NCBI RefSeq assembly: GCF_001194135.2
Contig: NC_068981.1
Span: 58,175,215 to 58,239,214 of the forward strand
Reading direction: 5' to 3'
Length of the DNA: 64,000 nucleotides
Source of the DNA: Octopus bimaculoides
Lineage: Eukaryota
Shown here: positions 13,291 to 27,095 of the stretch, piece by piece
Layout of the letters: each line of letters begins with the position of its first letter
Position numbering within the stretch: position 1 is the first letter of the stretch
Program-made: the position numbers and the translations under genes
The notes under the pieces: generated by a model
The model's input: the letters and a program-made list of their open reading frames with translations, nothing else
What the model was told of the DNA's origin: nothing
The model's database searches: none

Positions 13291-13399
13291 CACCAACCAA
13301 AATAAGCAGCATAAAGGGTTTAGCTTAGCATTCAAGCATTCACACCTTATTTATCTTTAGCAAGAAAGCTTACATGTGGTTGCTACATATCTTTATTTT

Positions 13400-13584
13400 T
13401 TCTTTTACTTGTTTCAGTCTTTGACTGTGGCCATACTGGGGTACCACCCTGAAAGGTTTAGTTGAACAAATCAACCTCAGTACTCATTTTTAAAGCACAT
13501 ACTTATTCTATCAGTTTTTTTTGTTGAACTAAGTTATAGAGATGTACACAAGTCAACATTTGTTATGAAGTGGTGGTAATGGTA

Positions 13585-13628
<44 letters not shown>

Positions 13629-13745
13629 GGGCTTCTTTCAGTTTTCATCAGCCAAATCCACTCACAAGGTTTTGGTCAGCCAGGGACTATAGAAGATGTC
13701 ACACAGTAGAGATGAGCCCAGAACCATGTTGTTAGGAAGAAAATT
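13400..13745 (-). mobile_element. Composite SINE (tRNA/CORE head, internal (GT)n, second 3' module)
   Basis: Same layout as 34575-34985 and 49045-49410; (CA)n at about 13587-13625; end motif CTTTTACTTGTTTCAGTC-TTGACTGTGGCCAT. Confidence 0.75.
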
Positions 13746-14354
13746 TATCTAATAATTTAAATATTCTTTCAAGAAAGCTTTCCAAAGCTAAATTTCCAAA
13801 GTTTTGATTTTAATTCTGGAGCCTTCTAATCCATAAAAGACACAGGATAACCAAAGCTAAAACAAAGGACAGCAACCATTGCATGCCAGAATATTTGACA
13901 TATCCAATATATAGGAGCAATTAAGATTAATCCAGAGCATTTGACATTGTTTCCTTGGAATACTTCATATCAACAAAACTCATCTGCTCTAAATAATGGA
14001 ATAATATGAAGAGAACTTTTATAGCCAGTTTTTAACAAGGAATACAGAGATAAAATGCTTAAATCTTACTCTGTAAATGTGTTATCTAATTAAAAATGTC
14101 ATTATCTTTAAACAGACATCAGATTTTAAAGAAAATTTAATAAATTTTGAAACAAGTATCAAATGTTCAGTTCATTTCATGAAGTATTTGTGCTATTAAA
14201 AACAAATATTTGATTATTAAATAATTCCATTAAAAAGGTATATGACATGATTAACTTATTGAACCAGAAAAAAAAAATTTTGCATTTTCTCTAATGCCTT
14301 TTCCTGGTAGACATAGTGTGTATAAGTTATGGCAATCATGCCAATTTAAAACAT

Positions 14355-14788
14355 TAGAGGCATGGATGTGGCTATGTGACTGATAAGCTTGCTTCCCAAC
14401 CGTGTAGTTGGGAAACAAGTGGCTCAGTCTCACTGTGGGGCACATTGGACAAATGTCTTCTACTAAAGCCCTAGGCTGACCAGAACCTTGAGTGGATTTT
14501 GTAGATGGAAACTGAAAGAAGCCTACTGCATGTATGTGTGTTCCTATCCTTGTCTTGATATTACATGATGGTTGTAAATGAGCACTGTCACCATACAAGT
14601 TATGATGTTTGTTTCCAGTCTTTAGTGAAAACATGTCTAGCCATGAGAAAATTTTACTTTGCTTGGAAATAGGTGAGGGCTGATGATTCAAAAGGCATCA
14701 AGCTATAGAATAACTGCTCCAACAAATTCTGTCTGGCCCATGCAAGCATGGAAAAGTGGACATTAAAATGATTATGATGATGATGATT
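14355..14788 (+). mobile_element. CORE-like SINE with RTE-like tail
   Basis: Homologous to 2701-3110; tail GCATGGAAAAGTGGACATTAAAATGATTATGATGATG. Confidence 0.75.
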
Positions 14789-15299
14789 AGAAGCATAAGA
14801 GAAAGAAATGAAAATCAAGTCATCCTTTCATCCTTTTGGGCTTATAGTTCAAATTCTGTTGAGGTCAACTTTGTGTTTAATCCTTCAGGGTTGAGGTTGG
14901 AGCAGTAATAAAGTACAATATAAATATTGAGGTTGATTTAATATTTCTCTAAAGCTAGATTATAACAGAATACTAAGATTCAATTGGAGTTTACTACTAC
15001 CTTAGAAGCATGTTAACTTATCTATCAAAAGAGAATTTGACCCCAAAATACCAGTGTTATCTTTTTCAAAAATGTTTATTATCATTTGGATTAAAGAATA
15101 AATGTAAAATGTAAATGGAGTGCTATCAGTTTTCAATATTTAATCAACTGAGCTACCCACTCATCAAATTAGCATGTCTGTGAAGCTGAGTATTCCAGAG
15201 ATATGTGTGCCTATATCATAATCCCCAAGCAGAATCAGTGTGGCACAGAGTGTGACAAGGCTAAATGTTTGAAATGCATGTAGGAGGCACAAGCACTTA

Positions 15300-15620
15300 C
15301 ACACATGTACATACATAACAGGAACTTCAACCTACCAAATTCAATTACAAGACCTCAATCAGCCTGAGGCTGTAGCAGAAGACACATGCCCAAGGTGTCA
15401 CACAGTGAGACTGAACCTGAGACCATGTGGTTGAGAAGCAAGCTTCTTAACCACACAGCCAAATGACTACACAGTTTCCATCTTTCCAATCTCATTCACA
15501 GAGGTTTGGGTCAACTTGAGGCTTTGCTCAAAGACACTTACCCAAAATGACATGCAGGGGGATCAAACCTGAGATCTTGCACTTTCAAAGCAGACTTCTT
15601 AACTATTCAGCCATACTGCT
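15300..15620 (-). mobile_element. Two tandem CORE-like SINE 5' fragments
   Basis: Two copies of GAAGACAC-TGCCCAAGG...GACTGAACC...TTCTTAACCACACAGCC. Confidence 0.6.
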
Positions 15621-15764
15621 TTATTTATAAGACATTGTGCCTCATAAATAAAGCAGCATTTATATATTTTTTTAAAACTAGCATGCCTAATATTTACTGA
15701 ACAGCTTTAGAGCTCTAGTTTCATGAGAATATTCATGAGAAAGTGTGGATAAATTATTTCCCAT

Positions 15765-16180
15765 GGAGTGAACTTATGGAAGGGGCAAACCCAGGAAGAT
15801 GTGGGATGAATTAATAAGAAAGGATCTTCAGAGAAGATGACAAGGGACCAAAACGTCTGGTGGTTTGCTGTGCTTGAGAAAACACATCAAGCTAAGTAAA
15901 ACTGTGGCCATCCATATATACAGACATGTCCTCTATGTCCCTCTGTCAGCCAAGTAGCCCTTGTCTTGAAGGCTCACAAGTACTGGAGCCACATAAAAGC
16001 ATCCGTGCCAGTGACACATAAAAGCACCCAGTACACTCTGAGAAGTGGTTGGCATTAGGAAGGGTATCCAGCCATAGCAACCATGCCAAAACAGATAATT
16101 GGAGCCTGGGCAGCTCTCCAGCTCCAGTCAAACTGTCATACCCATGCTAGTATGAATAACAGATGTTAAATGATGATGAG
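15765..16180 (+). mobile_element. 5'-truncated RTE LINE 3' end
   Basis: GRGKPRKMWDE remnant, the TGGCATTAGGAAGGG tail motif and (GAT)n end. Confidence 0.8.
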
Positions 16181-17399
16181 ATAGGATACCTGGAAGCTAG
16201 AGACTCGAAGCATGCAGAATTAAATGTACTCCACAAATATATAAGAGATGGTTCCACTGGGTTGGAAGTACAGTAGTATAACCTTCATGATGGAAAACAT
16301 TTCTGGAACTGATACTAAAAAGTAATTTTTGTCCAAAGTAAGTGTGTGGGTGAGTGGGTGTTCATGCAATGATTATAAGAAGTATAGCAAAGATTTGAAA
16401 AGCTATAATGAAATGGAATTATATTTGAATATAATGAATATTTAATAAAAAAAAGACTGGATAACATTCAAAAGCAGAAAGCAGTTGGATATTAAAGACA
16501 TTATATTATGATTGTGAATGTTTGAGTTTTCATGAGACTGTATAATGAGATTAGGTCACATGATAAGTAAAACAAAATAATTAAAATGCCCACTAAGGTT
16601 GTTGAAAGTAAAAGGAAATTCAAACGGGATATGATGAAGATGTAAGAGAAATAACTACAGAGACCTGTTCGAGTCATAGTAATTATTGATTTAGAAGGAT
16701 CCCTTTATAAGCAGCATGTCTAAACCACAATAAAGAAGATTAAACATAATTTGTCTGGTAGAGAGCGCAGTACATCCAAGGGTGATTAACTCTTTCTTAA
16801 AGCATTATTCTGACAAACGAATTTCGCTGCATTGTTTACTTTGTCTAAAGGGTCATATATGGGTCAGATCATTGAGACTAGCTATCACAATGAGTCAATG
16901 TGAGAGCTTTTACATGGTTCCTCAACCTACAAGAAAAAGCAGCAAAATCTACCTGAAATCCTATCACCCTACTATTTTAAATAGGGCAAAGACCCCTAAA
17001 TAGAATGGGTGCTCACAGCTAGAATTGTTGATCTTAGAGATCTACTTGATGGTTGATCTGAGGTTAAAGAAGACCTTATTCACAACAAAGTCTACCTAGT
17101 ATCAGTGACAGGCTAAAAGTAACTCCCATTTTTGTGTAATCAAACTGTTTACTATTACTATTATTATAACTTGGTAAAATTGATAAAGTGGTGGAAATAG
17201 TAGTTTTTGAACAAGTGCCTGAAACTATTTATCTGTGTTTCCAGTTAAAATCTCACCAAATCTGGTTTTGTCTAACTGAAAAATCCTCCTATCCACCACT
17301 CCTTATTACTACTGTAGCAGTGATTCAAAACCAAACCACTAGGTAGCTGGTCAGACATCATGATCAAACCATAGTAGTTTCATGTGAATGTTCTACTAA

Positions 17400-17467
17400 G
17401 CAACCAATCAGCATTAAGCCATAATGTGATTCAATCTTCTAGAATTTTCCCTTTGTGCCCTATAAAG
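17400..17467 (+). promoter_or_regulatory. Putative Pol II promoter (CCAAT box plus TATA box)
   Basis: AACCAATCAGC at about 17402-17412 and CCTATAAAGAG at 17459-17469, at canonical spacing; no transcript evidence. Confidence 0.3.
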
Positions 17468-18084
17468 AGGCGTTTTTTGCAGTAATTGCAAAATGTTGAG
17501 GCAGCTGCATGCTGTGTCTCCATTCTGACCACTGCCAGTCAATTAAAACAGATGGCAGATTGTAGGCAGGAATTTTTTATCACCACAAATATTTTGTGAT
17601 TATTTTCCAGTTGTGATGGGCCAGCCACAGATTGCTATATCAGAAAGCTTGTCATAAACTCCAAGCAGGAAGAGATTCCCAGTATGTAATTATTGCCATT
17701 AGTATTTGTAAAAGACTGCTGCTAAAACTCTGTACAGTAATAAAATCTTCTATTAATTGTTTGTAGGTGTTGTCAGTTATTTCTTTATGCATCCCAAGAA
17801 ATACAGTTTCATTCAGCAACTCAACCAGTCATCACTTCAGACCAGCTAACAACAAACCACCACACCAACACAACTCATGACACTATCAATAAGGATTTCA
17901 TTACTTCTAAGCCTGCCTAAATAGAAAACTGTCTTGTTATTTGAAATGCAAATAGATTAGTAAGAACAATAGTTTCCAATATAGGCACAAAGCCAGTGAT
18001 ATTGAAATGCAGTTGGGTATATGAAAATGAGCTACACAGTCATGAAAAGAAGAAAAAGAGCCCATTTTAATGGCAAAAAGTAAT

Positions 18085-19000
18085 GAGTTTTAGAACCTGA
18101 CGCCAATTGATATGAGAGTTTAGGCATACAGAAATGCAATATTATGTTTTAGGAAATGAAAGAAGTGGAAACAGTATATTTGAAGAAATTAAAGCTTGTA
18201 TTGAAGTGTGCTATCAATATGAGTAGTTGCTGTCATGCATTATAGTGCTGGTATAGCAAATTGGATGAAGATGAAATAGAGGGATTAGACACACACACAC
18301 AAAAAGAAGGTGGGGTGAGAAAAAAAATTGTACCTATGCATGAAGCACATCAAGCAAAAATAAATGACAACCATCTATTTATGAAACAGAAGATTGGCAG
18401 GAGAGGACTTATTAGCATTTCTGATTGTGTGAATGAGGAACAAAGATCAGTAAACCACTAATTTGCAAAGAAAACTATAATTCAAGAATGCTGTAAATAG
18501 AATTAAAACTTACTTGAGTGAAATTTGGAGAGAAAAAAGCATACCATAGCAGGATAATTTGTGAAAGAAAGAAAACACTAGAAGAAATGCAGTTACATGG
18601 ACAGTTCTAAAGACACTAAGAATGTGAAAAGTCATGATCCATAGGAGGAGTGGCTTTGGAATGAAGATTTCAAGAGAAGAGCGTGAGAGCTTGTCAAAGG
18701 CTATTCAAGATCAAGCTCTAAACACCAGTTCAGTAAGCAAGGATTCATAATCCTCCATTTAATAAACAAGTGCTGCCTATATAATAAGCAAGTGGAAAAT
18801 ATTGAGCATATTGTAGTAGAGGGCACAACATAAGCTCAGAATAATTACAAGTAATGTCTTGATAAGGTCTGCCTTAAGTTACACTGATCACTGCATAAAA
18901 AGAAAATATGGATACATTTCAGGTAAGTGGTACAACCATGTACCAGAAAAAAAACTAAATGAACCTGGTAAGCTAAAAATTCTATAAGATTTTCACGTCC
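18085..19000 (+). mobile_element. Decayed R4/Dong-like non-LTR retrotransposon (post-RT region, CCHC remnant, start of RLE domain)
   Basis: Motifs in order: KIGRRGLISISDCVNEEQRS, EMQLHGQF, AIQDQALNT, KCCLYNKQVENIEHIV, KWYNHVPEK, KIL*DF. Confidence 0.7.
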
Positions 19001-19399
19001 CATGTTATGTTCCAAAACACCAGCTTAACTGCAACAAAGTTAGCTCATTAAATTCTTCATTGTTTTCAAAAGTAACAGATGAAATCAGTGTTATTTCAGT
19101 GGAAATATATTAACAAAAGGTTTAAGGTAAAGGATGAAGTAAATACTCTAGAAAATTTTAAAATTATCCTTATTTAGTTTTCTAGATATAAATCTAATGT
19201 GACCTTCTAAAAGTAGTAATGAAAGGGAAATGGACTGATAGAACTGTTAGATTATCAAACTAAAATATCTTTGACTTTACTTTTCACCCCTCCCAGATCA
19301 ATACTACAAAATACAAACAATATACAGAGATCCATTAAATCACCTGTTCCATTTTCATTGAAAACAGCTGGTATTGTGCTTGAATAAAAAAAATTGATA

Positions 19400-19600
19400 A
19401 GTGGGGGATTGGCAGAACTGTCAGAGTGTTTGATAAAATTGTTTTGCAATATTTAGTTACAGCCATTTACATTCTGATCTCAAATCTTACTGAGGTCAAC
19501 AGTTTCTTTCATCCTTCTGGAGGTCAATAAAACAAAGTTTGAATGTTCCCTCCAAACATTGAATGTTCCCTCCCAACAAACATCTGGCCTTGTGCCTGTG
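19400..19600 (+). mobile_element. tRNA-derived SINE with Meta-like domain, decayed
   Basis: GAGGTCAAC...TTTCATCCTTCTGGAGGTCAATAAAA; homologous to 41150-41360 and 54125-54295. Confidence 0.55.
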
Positions 19601-22600
19601 TAAAAATTATTACCAGTGTTGCATCATTGAAGACTGTATCTCTGAATGTGCATTCACCTATTCCTGGAATTTTAAATACAACCTCTGTTTTCTTTCCTTT
19701 TCAGTTTATCAGTATTTGGTGACTATTCTATTCTTTCAGTTTATGGCTCGTTTAGCAATATTTGTGCTTGAATCCTTTTACTAATATTATTCAAATGGCT
19801 TGACCTTTCTGTTGATTGTCTATTGGAGTCAACTTTCTTCTCAGCTACTTTCAGGTTTCTCTTTTTATGGTTTTTATCATTTGTCTGACTTAGCTTATAG
19901 AAAAATGATCTTATTTTTTAGACTAGTTCTTCCTAGTTTTTAAATAATATTTTCAAAATCTTTCAATGAGTTTTTAAGCAAATCATTATAACATTTATTT
20001 TGGCCACCAATCAATCAATTATCCTGACTTAACTTGCTATAAAATATTTACTAACCATGTAAACTGACAGACTAACTTGATGGCCATCCCATCTTATCTC
20101 TTATCTTTACAATACATAGGATAGATTTAGCAAAATCCATTTCATCTGATATCTTGACACTTACAAGATTTTTTTTTGGAGACATGTGTACAGATTATTC
20201 ATTTTCTTTAAACAGTCTTCACTTCATATATTTCATGATTATATATTACAAGCAATCTTGAAGTAAAGTTCTATGCTCATTCAGATACCTTTGTACTTTA
20301 AGACACAGTGTCTTAATTTTCCAAACTTTAAGCTGGTTTTTGTTAAGTGATTCTTTATATTGATACCAATATTGAAGTCATCTGAGCAGTACAACCAAAA
20401 GATGTGAATTTAACCATTAATTTCACAGTTTGCTTATTGATTCTATTAAGCTTCTGTATGTGTTTCACAGTTTACATCTATTGGTCTACTCCTTGCCTTT
20501 ATTTACCTGCAGTTAGATATCATTAGGTAAATTTATTTTTTTTAACCTTTGGTTGACACAGCAATCAAAGACATTCCAGCCATGACCATTCTACCCTTTT
20601 TCAAGGTATCTGAGATTAACTTATAAAATGTTTCTTTTAACCCTTCCAGATGATTTGAGAGAAACATAGCTGCTATACCTAGCAGATTGATTGACTACAT
20701 AGTAAGCTCTGTAGCAACATATAACAACAGCATACAATATAAAGTTTGTTGTTGTTTATTCCAAAAAAAAAAAAAGAAAGAAAGAAAAACAAAAAAATAG
20801 AGAATGGCGATGTATAGTATTTCAACTGTGGAACATTATCTTAGCTGTAATTAGAAATTTTTACAATATAAATGTTAATTACTCAGAAGAAAATACTAAT
20901 TTTCCTTAATCCCATAAGGCAGTTAAGAGATAGAATTTAAAGTTTCATTAAGTCTATTTATTCCACCAAACAGCACTGCTTCTTGGTTTGATTTAACCTT
21001 GAAACAATGACTAAGAACACATGTATAGTTAATAAAGTATAAAAATCTACACTGGAAATAGAATATTGCTTAAAAATAAAAAAGAAAGAGAAAAATATAT
21101 ATACTATTTTGTTATTAGAGAATTTACTTCTTATTCTGTTTCTATACATGTACACAGATAGTTCCTTGTGTGTGTATGTGCATTTATATAAATGCTCACT
21201 GATTTAACATAATTCAGCAGATGATAAACTACATGTAAATGCATGTGTGGGCGTGTAGATGAATACATGAGGATTAAGATCTAACAACTCAAACTTTTTT
21301 TTAACAAAGGATACGAAAATAATGAATAATAAACAAAATATTTTTCTTAAATTTTGAAAGAAGAAAGAAGGAAAAGAAATCTGGCATAATTCCAGCTAGA
21401 TATCTATTATCACAGAAAGCTAGTTCAAAAGTGAAGACTGCTAAGGAGATAGTGATCGAAGAAAAAGATGGAAGCATCAATCAATAAGTTATTGTAGAAG
21501 TGTGAACTGATTGCATGAGGAAGAGGTTTGCTTGTTGAATGTTCTTCAGTGAAGCAATTAAGAAATTGAATCAGGCATGGTAAGGGGGTATGTTTTCAGA
21601 TGAAGTCATTAATAGCAGTATATTGTTCAAGTTAAGCATTGAAGAATGAAGCAGGAGGGGGCAGAAATCCACTGAAGATTTTCAATGATGGCCACAATCA
21701 TATTTTTCACTCATTATTAGAATTTTATAATAATTTAAGGAATCAAACAGCAAATAGATGCATCATAGGGAATTAACAAATGGCATCAAGGGCAAGGTTT
21801 TCATTTTCTTTACTGTACAGAAGTAATTAGAAATCATAATGAAAATATCTTAAATTAGTTTGAGGCAAATTACACAATAATCAGAAATTTAGCAGGAAGT
21901 AGGAAAAGGAAATCAAAATAAATAATGTACATGTATATAGAAGATAGGACAGTTAAAGTTCAATCTGAAGAGAATTCTTTCCAAGAATAAAACCATGTTG
22001 AAGTTAAAAATCACGGAAATAAATACAATCATATTTTAGCTTTTGAAAATAATTTGAGATTTTCCATCCCACAAAAATGACTTATCAACTAGTGTCTTGA
22101 TTTTTATCCAACTTAATAAGGTAGCTATTTTAAAGAAGTGGATCTATAACATTGACTTCAACATTGTAGGTTCTATGCCCATGCTTGCATGGGTTAGACA
22201 GGTCCAGAATAAGCAACCCTTCAATATATTTTTATCCAAGTGAGTGTTTCATAATTAGATTTCTCATCATAATGCCATTAATCATCTGCCAGTAGCCCAA
22301 CATTAATTAGATAACTAATTAAATAGCAAGATAATTATACAAGACATTGGAATCTTTTTTTCTGTTTTTGTTTTTACTACTGGTCTAGTAATTGAAACTA
22401 TACTATTGAAAAACGTTTAGAAGCATCTGTTCTCACTGTCACACACTTCCGTGTTTCTTTAGCCTTGCTTTATACAGAGATTTAATTCTCATATCTATCA
22501 CTTGTACACAATCACATTTTAATTAGTGAGCAATCATGAAAATAGTGCTCTGAGAACAGTTATCTGAAAAGTATAGCTGATCATTGTACACAAATGTGTA

Positions 22601-23854
22601 GAATAAATCGAGCAATGATTAGTAAGCAATGGTGGAAGGAAGCTGTGGTGTCTCTGATAGAACCTAATCTTTAGTGAATCCATTACACATACTGTAAGAA
22701 AATAAATAAGCTACTCTCTTGAATGTCAGCTTGAGCCTGATGAGGTAAGCATAATAGTATTCTATATCAGAAAAAGGTAAAGACTGGAGAGTACATATAT
22801 TTCAATATCATTTAAACAAATGATCCAGTGAGTGAGCTATATGGTTAGCTGACCTACCAGAAATAATCAAAATCCTCTTTATATTACAGCCTACAGTCTT
22901 CAAGAAGGAATGGACACATTGGATAATGTAGTCATAGGTATTCTTGATCAGAAATAAACTGAAGCTAAACTATAACAAGTATTTACATATAACTGCTGAA
23001 TGTTTAGGGGGTAAAACATATATTACATTTAAAACACATTGAGCTTAAGTTGGAAATATATTTGAAATGTTTCATTACTTTGTATGAAAGTTACCTTAAT
23101 AGAAATAATCAGAAAACCATGACATCAAGCTGATATCAGTATTTATATACTACATCCAGTAATTAGACCATAGATAAGTCTTACATGTAGTTTACATCCA
23201 TTATAGATTGTTACACTTGCATATATTCCTACTGTTTCACTAACTACACTCCCTCTACTTGTTGATATAGTTATCAGACATAATTTAAATGATGATATTG
23301 ATGATAATATACATACAGATTGAAATTTTTATTGCTTCATTTGTTACTAGAAATACAACAGCTGTAGCTTTTTGGATTTGGAAGCAAAAGAAATAAATAA
23401 AATATCTGCACCTAGATTATGTTGTTTAGGCAAAATTAGTGTTGCTAGAACCCTATAATTGAAAGGCCCAGATTTCCTAGGGGGTTTTTTCCCCTCTCAA
23501 ACAAGATATCTAATGTGTCTTTTTCTAATAAAGGTGATAATTGGGTAGACTTGGCTGCTATTTCTAGCAAGTCAAGCAATCATGTAGAGGCTGCTTTGTT
23601 GGATTATCCAGTTTAGGTTGAAGTAGCTAATAGCAGTATTAAGGGAATATTTAATGACCTTAGCATTATGTAGCAATTTGAATGGAATATGCAATGACTT
23701 CACCATCATGTTTCTATGTTATCATGTACTGGATTGCTTTGAAAACTCAGATATTAAATAAACTGCAAGACCAATTGCTTTATTTATCTTTAAATATTTA
23801 GCTATTTTCTCAGCACTTATCAACTATGAGAATAAGACATATCTTTTTCACCAA

Positions 23855-24760
23855 GGAATGAAGCCACTATGCTCCGCTGGATGTGTAATGTCAGTGTGCA
23901 TACTTGATGAGAAAAGTTGGACCTAAGAAGCATCAGATGTGGTGTGCAAGAGAGACGACTGCACTGGTATGATCATGTGGCAAGAATGGATGAAGATAGC
24001 TGTGTGAAAAAGTGCCACAGCCTAGCAGTTGAGGGAACCTGTGGAAGAGATAGACCTAGTAAGACCTGGGATGAGGTGATGAAGCATGACCTTTGAACAT
24101 TAGGCCTCACTGAGGCAATGACTAGTGACCAAGACCTTTGGAAATATGCTGTGCGTGAGAAGACTTGGCAAGCCAAGTGAGACCATAACCCATGGCCTAT
24201 GCCAGCCCACTTATGCATACCTTTCCTTCATTGTACACTAAACTCTGCTTGCAAAGACCTGTTGAGGCAAGTGAAATCAAAATCAAAATCGATGACTGGC
24301 ATCCGTGCTAGTGGAGCACTAAGAGCACCATCTGAGCATGATCGTTGCCAGAGCAGCTGACTTGCTTCCGTGCCGGTGGCATGTAAAAAACACCATTCGA
24401 GCATGATCGTTACCAGCATTGCCTTACTGGTACTTGTACTGGTGGCAACATGAAAAAACATTCGAGCAAGGTTGCTGCCAGTACTGCTGGACTGGCTCCT
24501 GTGCAGGTGGCACATAAGAAACACCATTTGAGCATGGCCGTTGCCAGTACCACCTGACTGGTCCTCGTACTGGTGGCACGTAAAAGCACCCACTATACTC
24601 TTGGAGTGGTTGGCATTAGGAAGGGCATCCAGCTGTAGAAACTCTGCCAAATCAGACTGGAGCCTGGTGCAGCCATCTGGTTCGCCAGTCCTCAGTCAAA
24701 TCGTCCAACCCATGTTAGCATGGAAAGCAGATGTTAAACAATGATGATGACGATGATGAT
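23855..24760 (+). mobile_element. 5'-truncated RTE LINE (ORF C-terminus, 3' UTR repeat array, GAT tail)
   Basis: RNEATMLRWMCNV; ERRLHWYDHVARMDEDSCVKKC; GRDRPSKTWDEVMKHDL; about five hairpin units; tail GATGATGACGATGAT. Confidence 0.9.
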
Positions 24761-24852
24761 TCAATTTTAAAAAATGTAAAATCGGACAGAACTTATGGGA
24801 GGACCTGATATATATGTTTTACACTCATAGAAATGTACATACATAAATACAA

Positions 24853-25008
24853 CAGGCTTTTTTCAGTTTCCATCTACCTAATCCATCACAAGACTTTGGT
24901 TGACCAAGGGCTAAAATAGAAGATACTTGCCCTCGGTGCCATTACAGTAGGACTGAACCAGAAACCATGTGGTTGGGAAGCAAACTTCTTACCACACTAC
25001 CATACTTG
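24853..25008 (-). mobile_element. CORE-like SINE 5' part
   Basis: TTTCAGTTTCCATCTACC...GAAGATACTTGCCC...GGACTGAACC...ACTTCTTACCACAC. Confidence 0.65.
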
Positions 25009-27095
25009 CAACTATGTTATATAATAATAAAAAACAAATTAGAAAATACAATCCTACATTGCTTTTGTTGCAGTAATCTTGATTTCTATAAATTTCATTT
25101 TATGATAAATGCAACCAAAATCTGCTAGGTACATACCAAAAATAATTTCAGAAAGACAACAACTGTCATACGCCAATTACATCCACATTACTAATCACTG
25201 CTGTGGTTATCAGCAGAACCTGTGAGCTTAGAGATATCAACTGGACAGTGGAGAGAATGCAACATATCCATTGTGTCATACTGCAAGCCATACAGTTTAT
25301 CATTGCAAGGTGGAATGTGAAGGATGGGTCTCAAACATATCAGAATCTTATCCTAAGGCACACACATATACATGTATGCATGTATCCACATATACACACA
25401 CATGTATGTATACACATACACACATCATAATACTGTGAGGGTGAGAACAAGAGAGACAATTGAGAAATGAGCAATATGGGCATGAACCTTTATTGTCAAG
25501 AGTGGACAGGATTCTTATTACAAATAATTTACAAGTAATAAATTTATGGATTATTGAGAAAGAAGGTTTATCCAACCAGAAAAATGTTAAAAGAAAAAAA
25601 TGCAACAAAACAAAGTTTGAAAGAACTTGTAATTGCTGGAGGAATATTGTGTAAATGGTCAAGATCAAATTCTGGAAACCTCCTTTTATAACTTAAGGGG
25701 GTTCCTATAGAAAACTCAAGTATAGCTTCCATAGCTTCATGGGCCCAGGAACAGGGGGTGCAAGTACACATCCTAAAATTTTTGTTGGGTGCAAAATCGA
25801 AATTTGCATCCCTACTTACTTTTCAAATGTTTAGAAAACAGTGAGTAAAAAGTCATCTGTATAACATAGCTTGAAGTCAGGTTTCTTCTCAGAGAACAAG
25901 GAACAAAAATGAATAAAACAACAATATCACCTTGTTTGTAAAACAATTTGGATCTGAGTTTGCATCCACTAAGCAAATTTCATTTTTGAGCCAGTACATA
26001 GCATAATCCCTTCCACAACAGAATAATAGTGTCACATAACTTTCCCAGGCAAATCTGGTATTTACTCTCTTGACCATAAGTGAACCAAAGAAATTGTTGA
26101 ATTGTAGAAGATTTACAATCCACAGAGTTGTAATTAAATCCCTTATTCAGACATTTTACATCTAATGTCTGCAGACTAATGATATTTATATAAATGTTTA
26201 CATCATACGCATAATATATTGCACATATTTTCATATGTAGTTAAGTATTTATTTGAATTTAATACTTTTATATTTACACATACTTATCAACATATACATA
26301 TTAAAGATGGAAAACACTGCATAAAATACTCATATATTTGTGTACCTTTAGGTGTGGTGAGGACATGATAGCTCCATTGATAGAGTTTTCTGAGGACTGT
26401 TACATGCAATTCAAAAGCAAGTTAAGAGTATTTGTACTAATAAAAGATTAGGCTTACAGTGATAACTTTAAAATTTGCCAAATATACAAAAGCTGTTTCT
26501 GAATTTGTTACTAAATTTAAATTGGTTCACTAATAACAAACACACCATTCTGCCATATTCTACAGATGTACCAGAATGTACACCTACAAACTGAATTGAA
26601 GACAAAGACATACAGTATGCTTTGGCTGCTACACTGCACCCTATACAACCAGACTGAAACAGAACATTGTCTGAATGAGAAACCTATATGTTGCTCTTTT
26701 CATATTCTATTGGCTATCTCTTTTGCAACAGCAGCAGCAGCAACAATAACAAAACTATTAATACAAGTAAGTTATTTAGTACAAACAAATTCAATTAAAA
26801 TAATTACAATAAATCAAAGTTGTTGTTATTTTAACATGTTTTCTATGTTAGAAAAGAACAGGATGGGTTGGTTTGCAATACAGAACGTTTCCATTTGTTT
26901 TAAATCTACAGCATATTAACTGTAAGCCAAGCATTCTTACTTCCTTTTGAGTTTATCACTGTGTTGGGTAACTGCCATCATTGAGTCATGATAATTTTCT
27001 TTACAGCCAGCAAGTAACATCTATGCATATTACATTGCCATAATAGTACAGGCATCTCTCATGCACACCTCTGGTGCCAAGCTACTTTCACAACT

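Noticed and set aside
22730-22744. 15-nt plus-strand microexon candidate (CAG|CTTGAGCCTGATGAG|GTAAGC, LEPDE)
   Set aside because: Weak polypyrimidine tract and no supporting neighbouring exons; such motifs are expected by chance in 64 kb.
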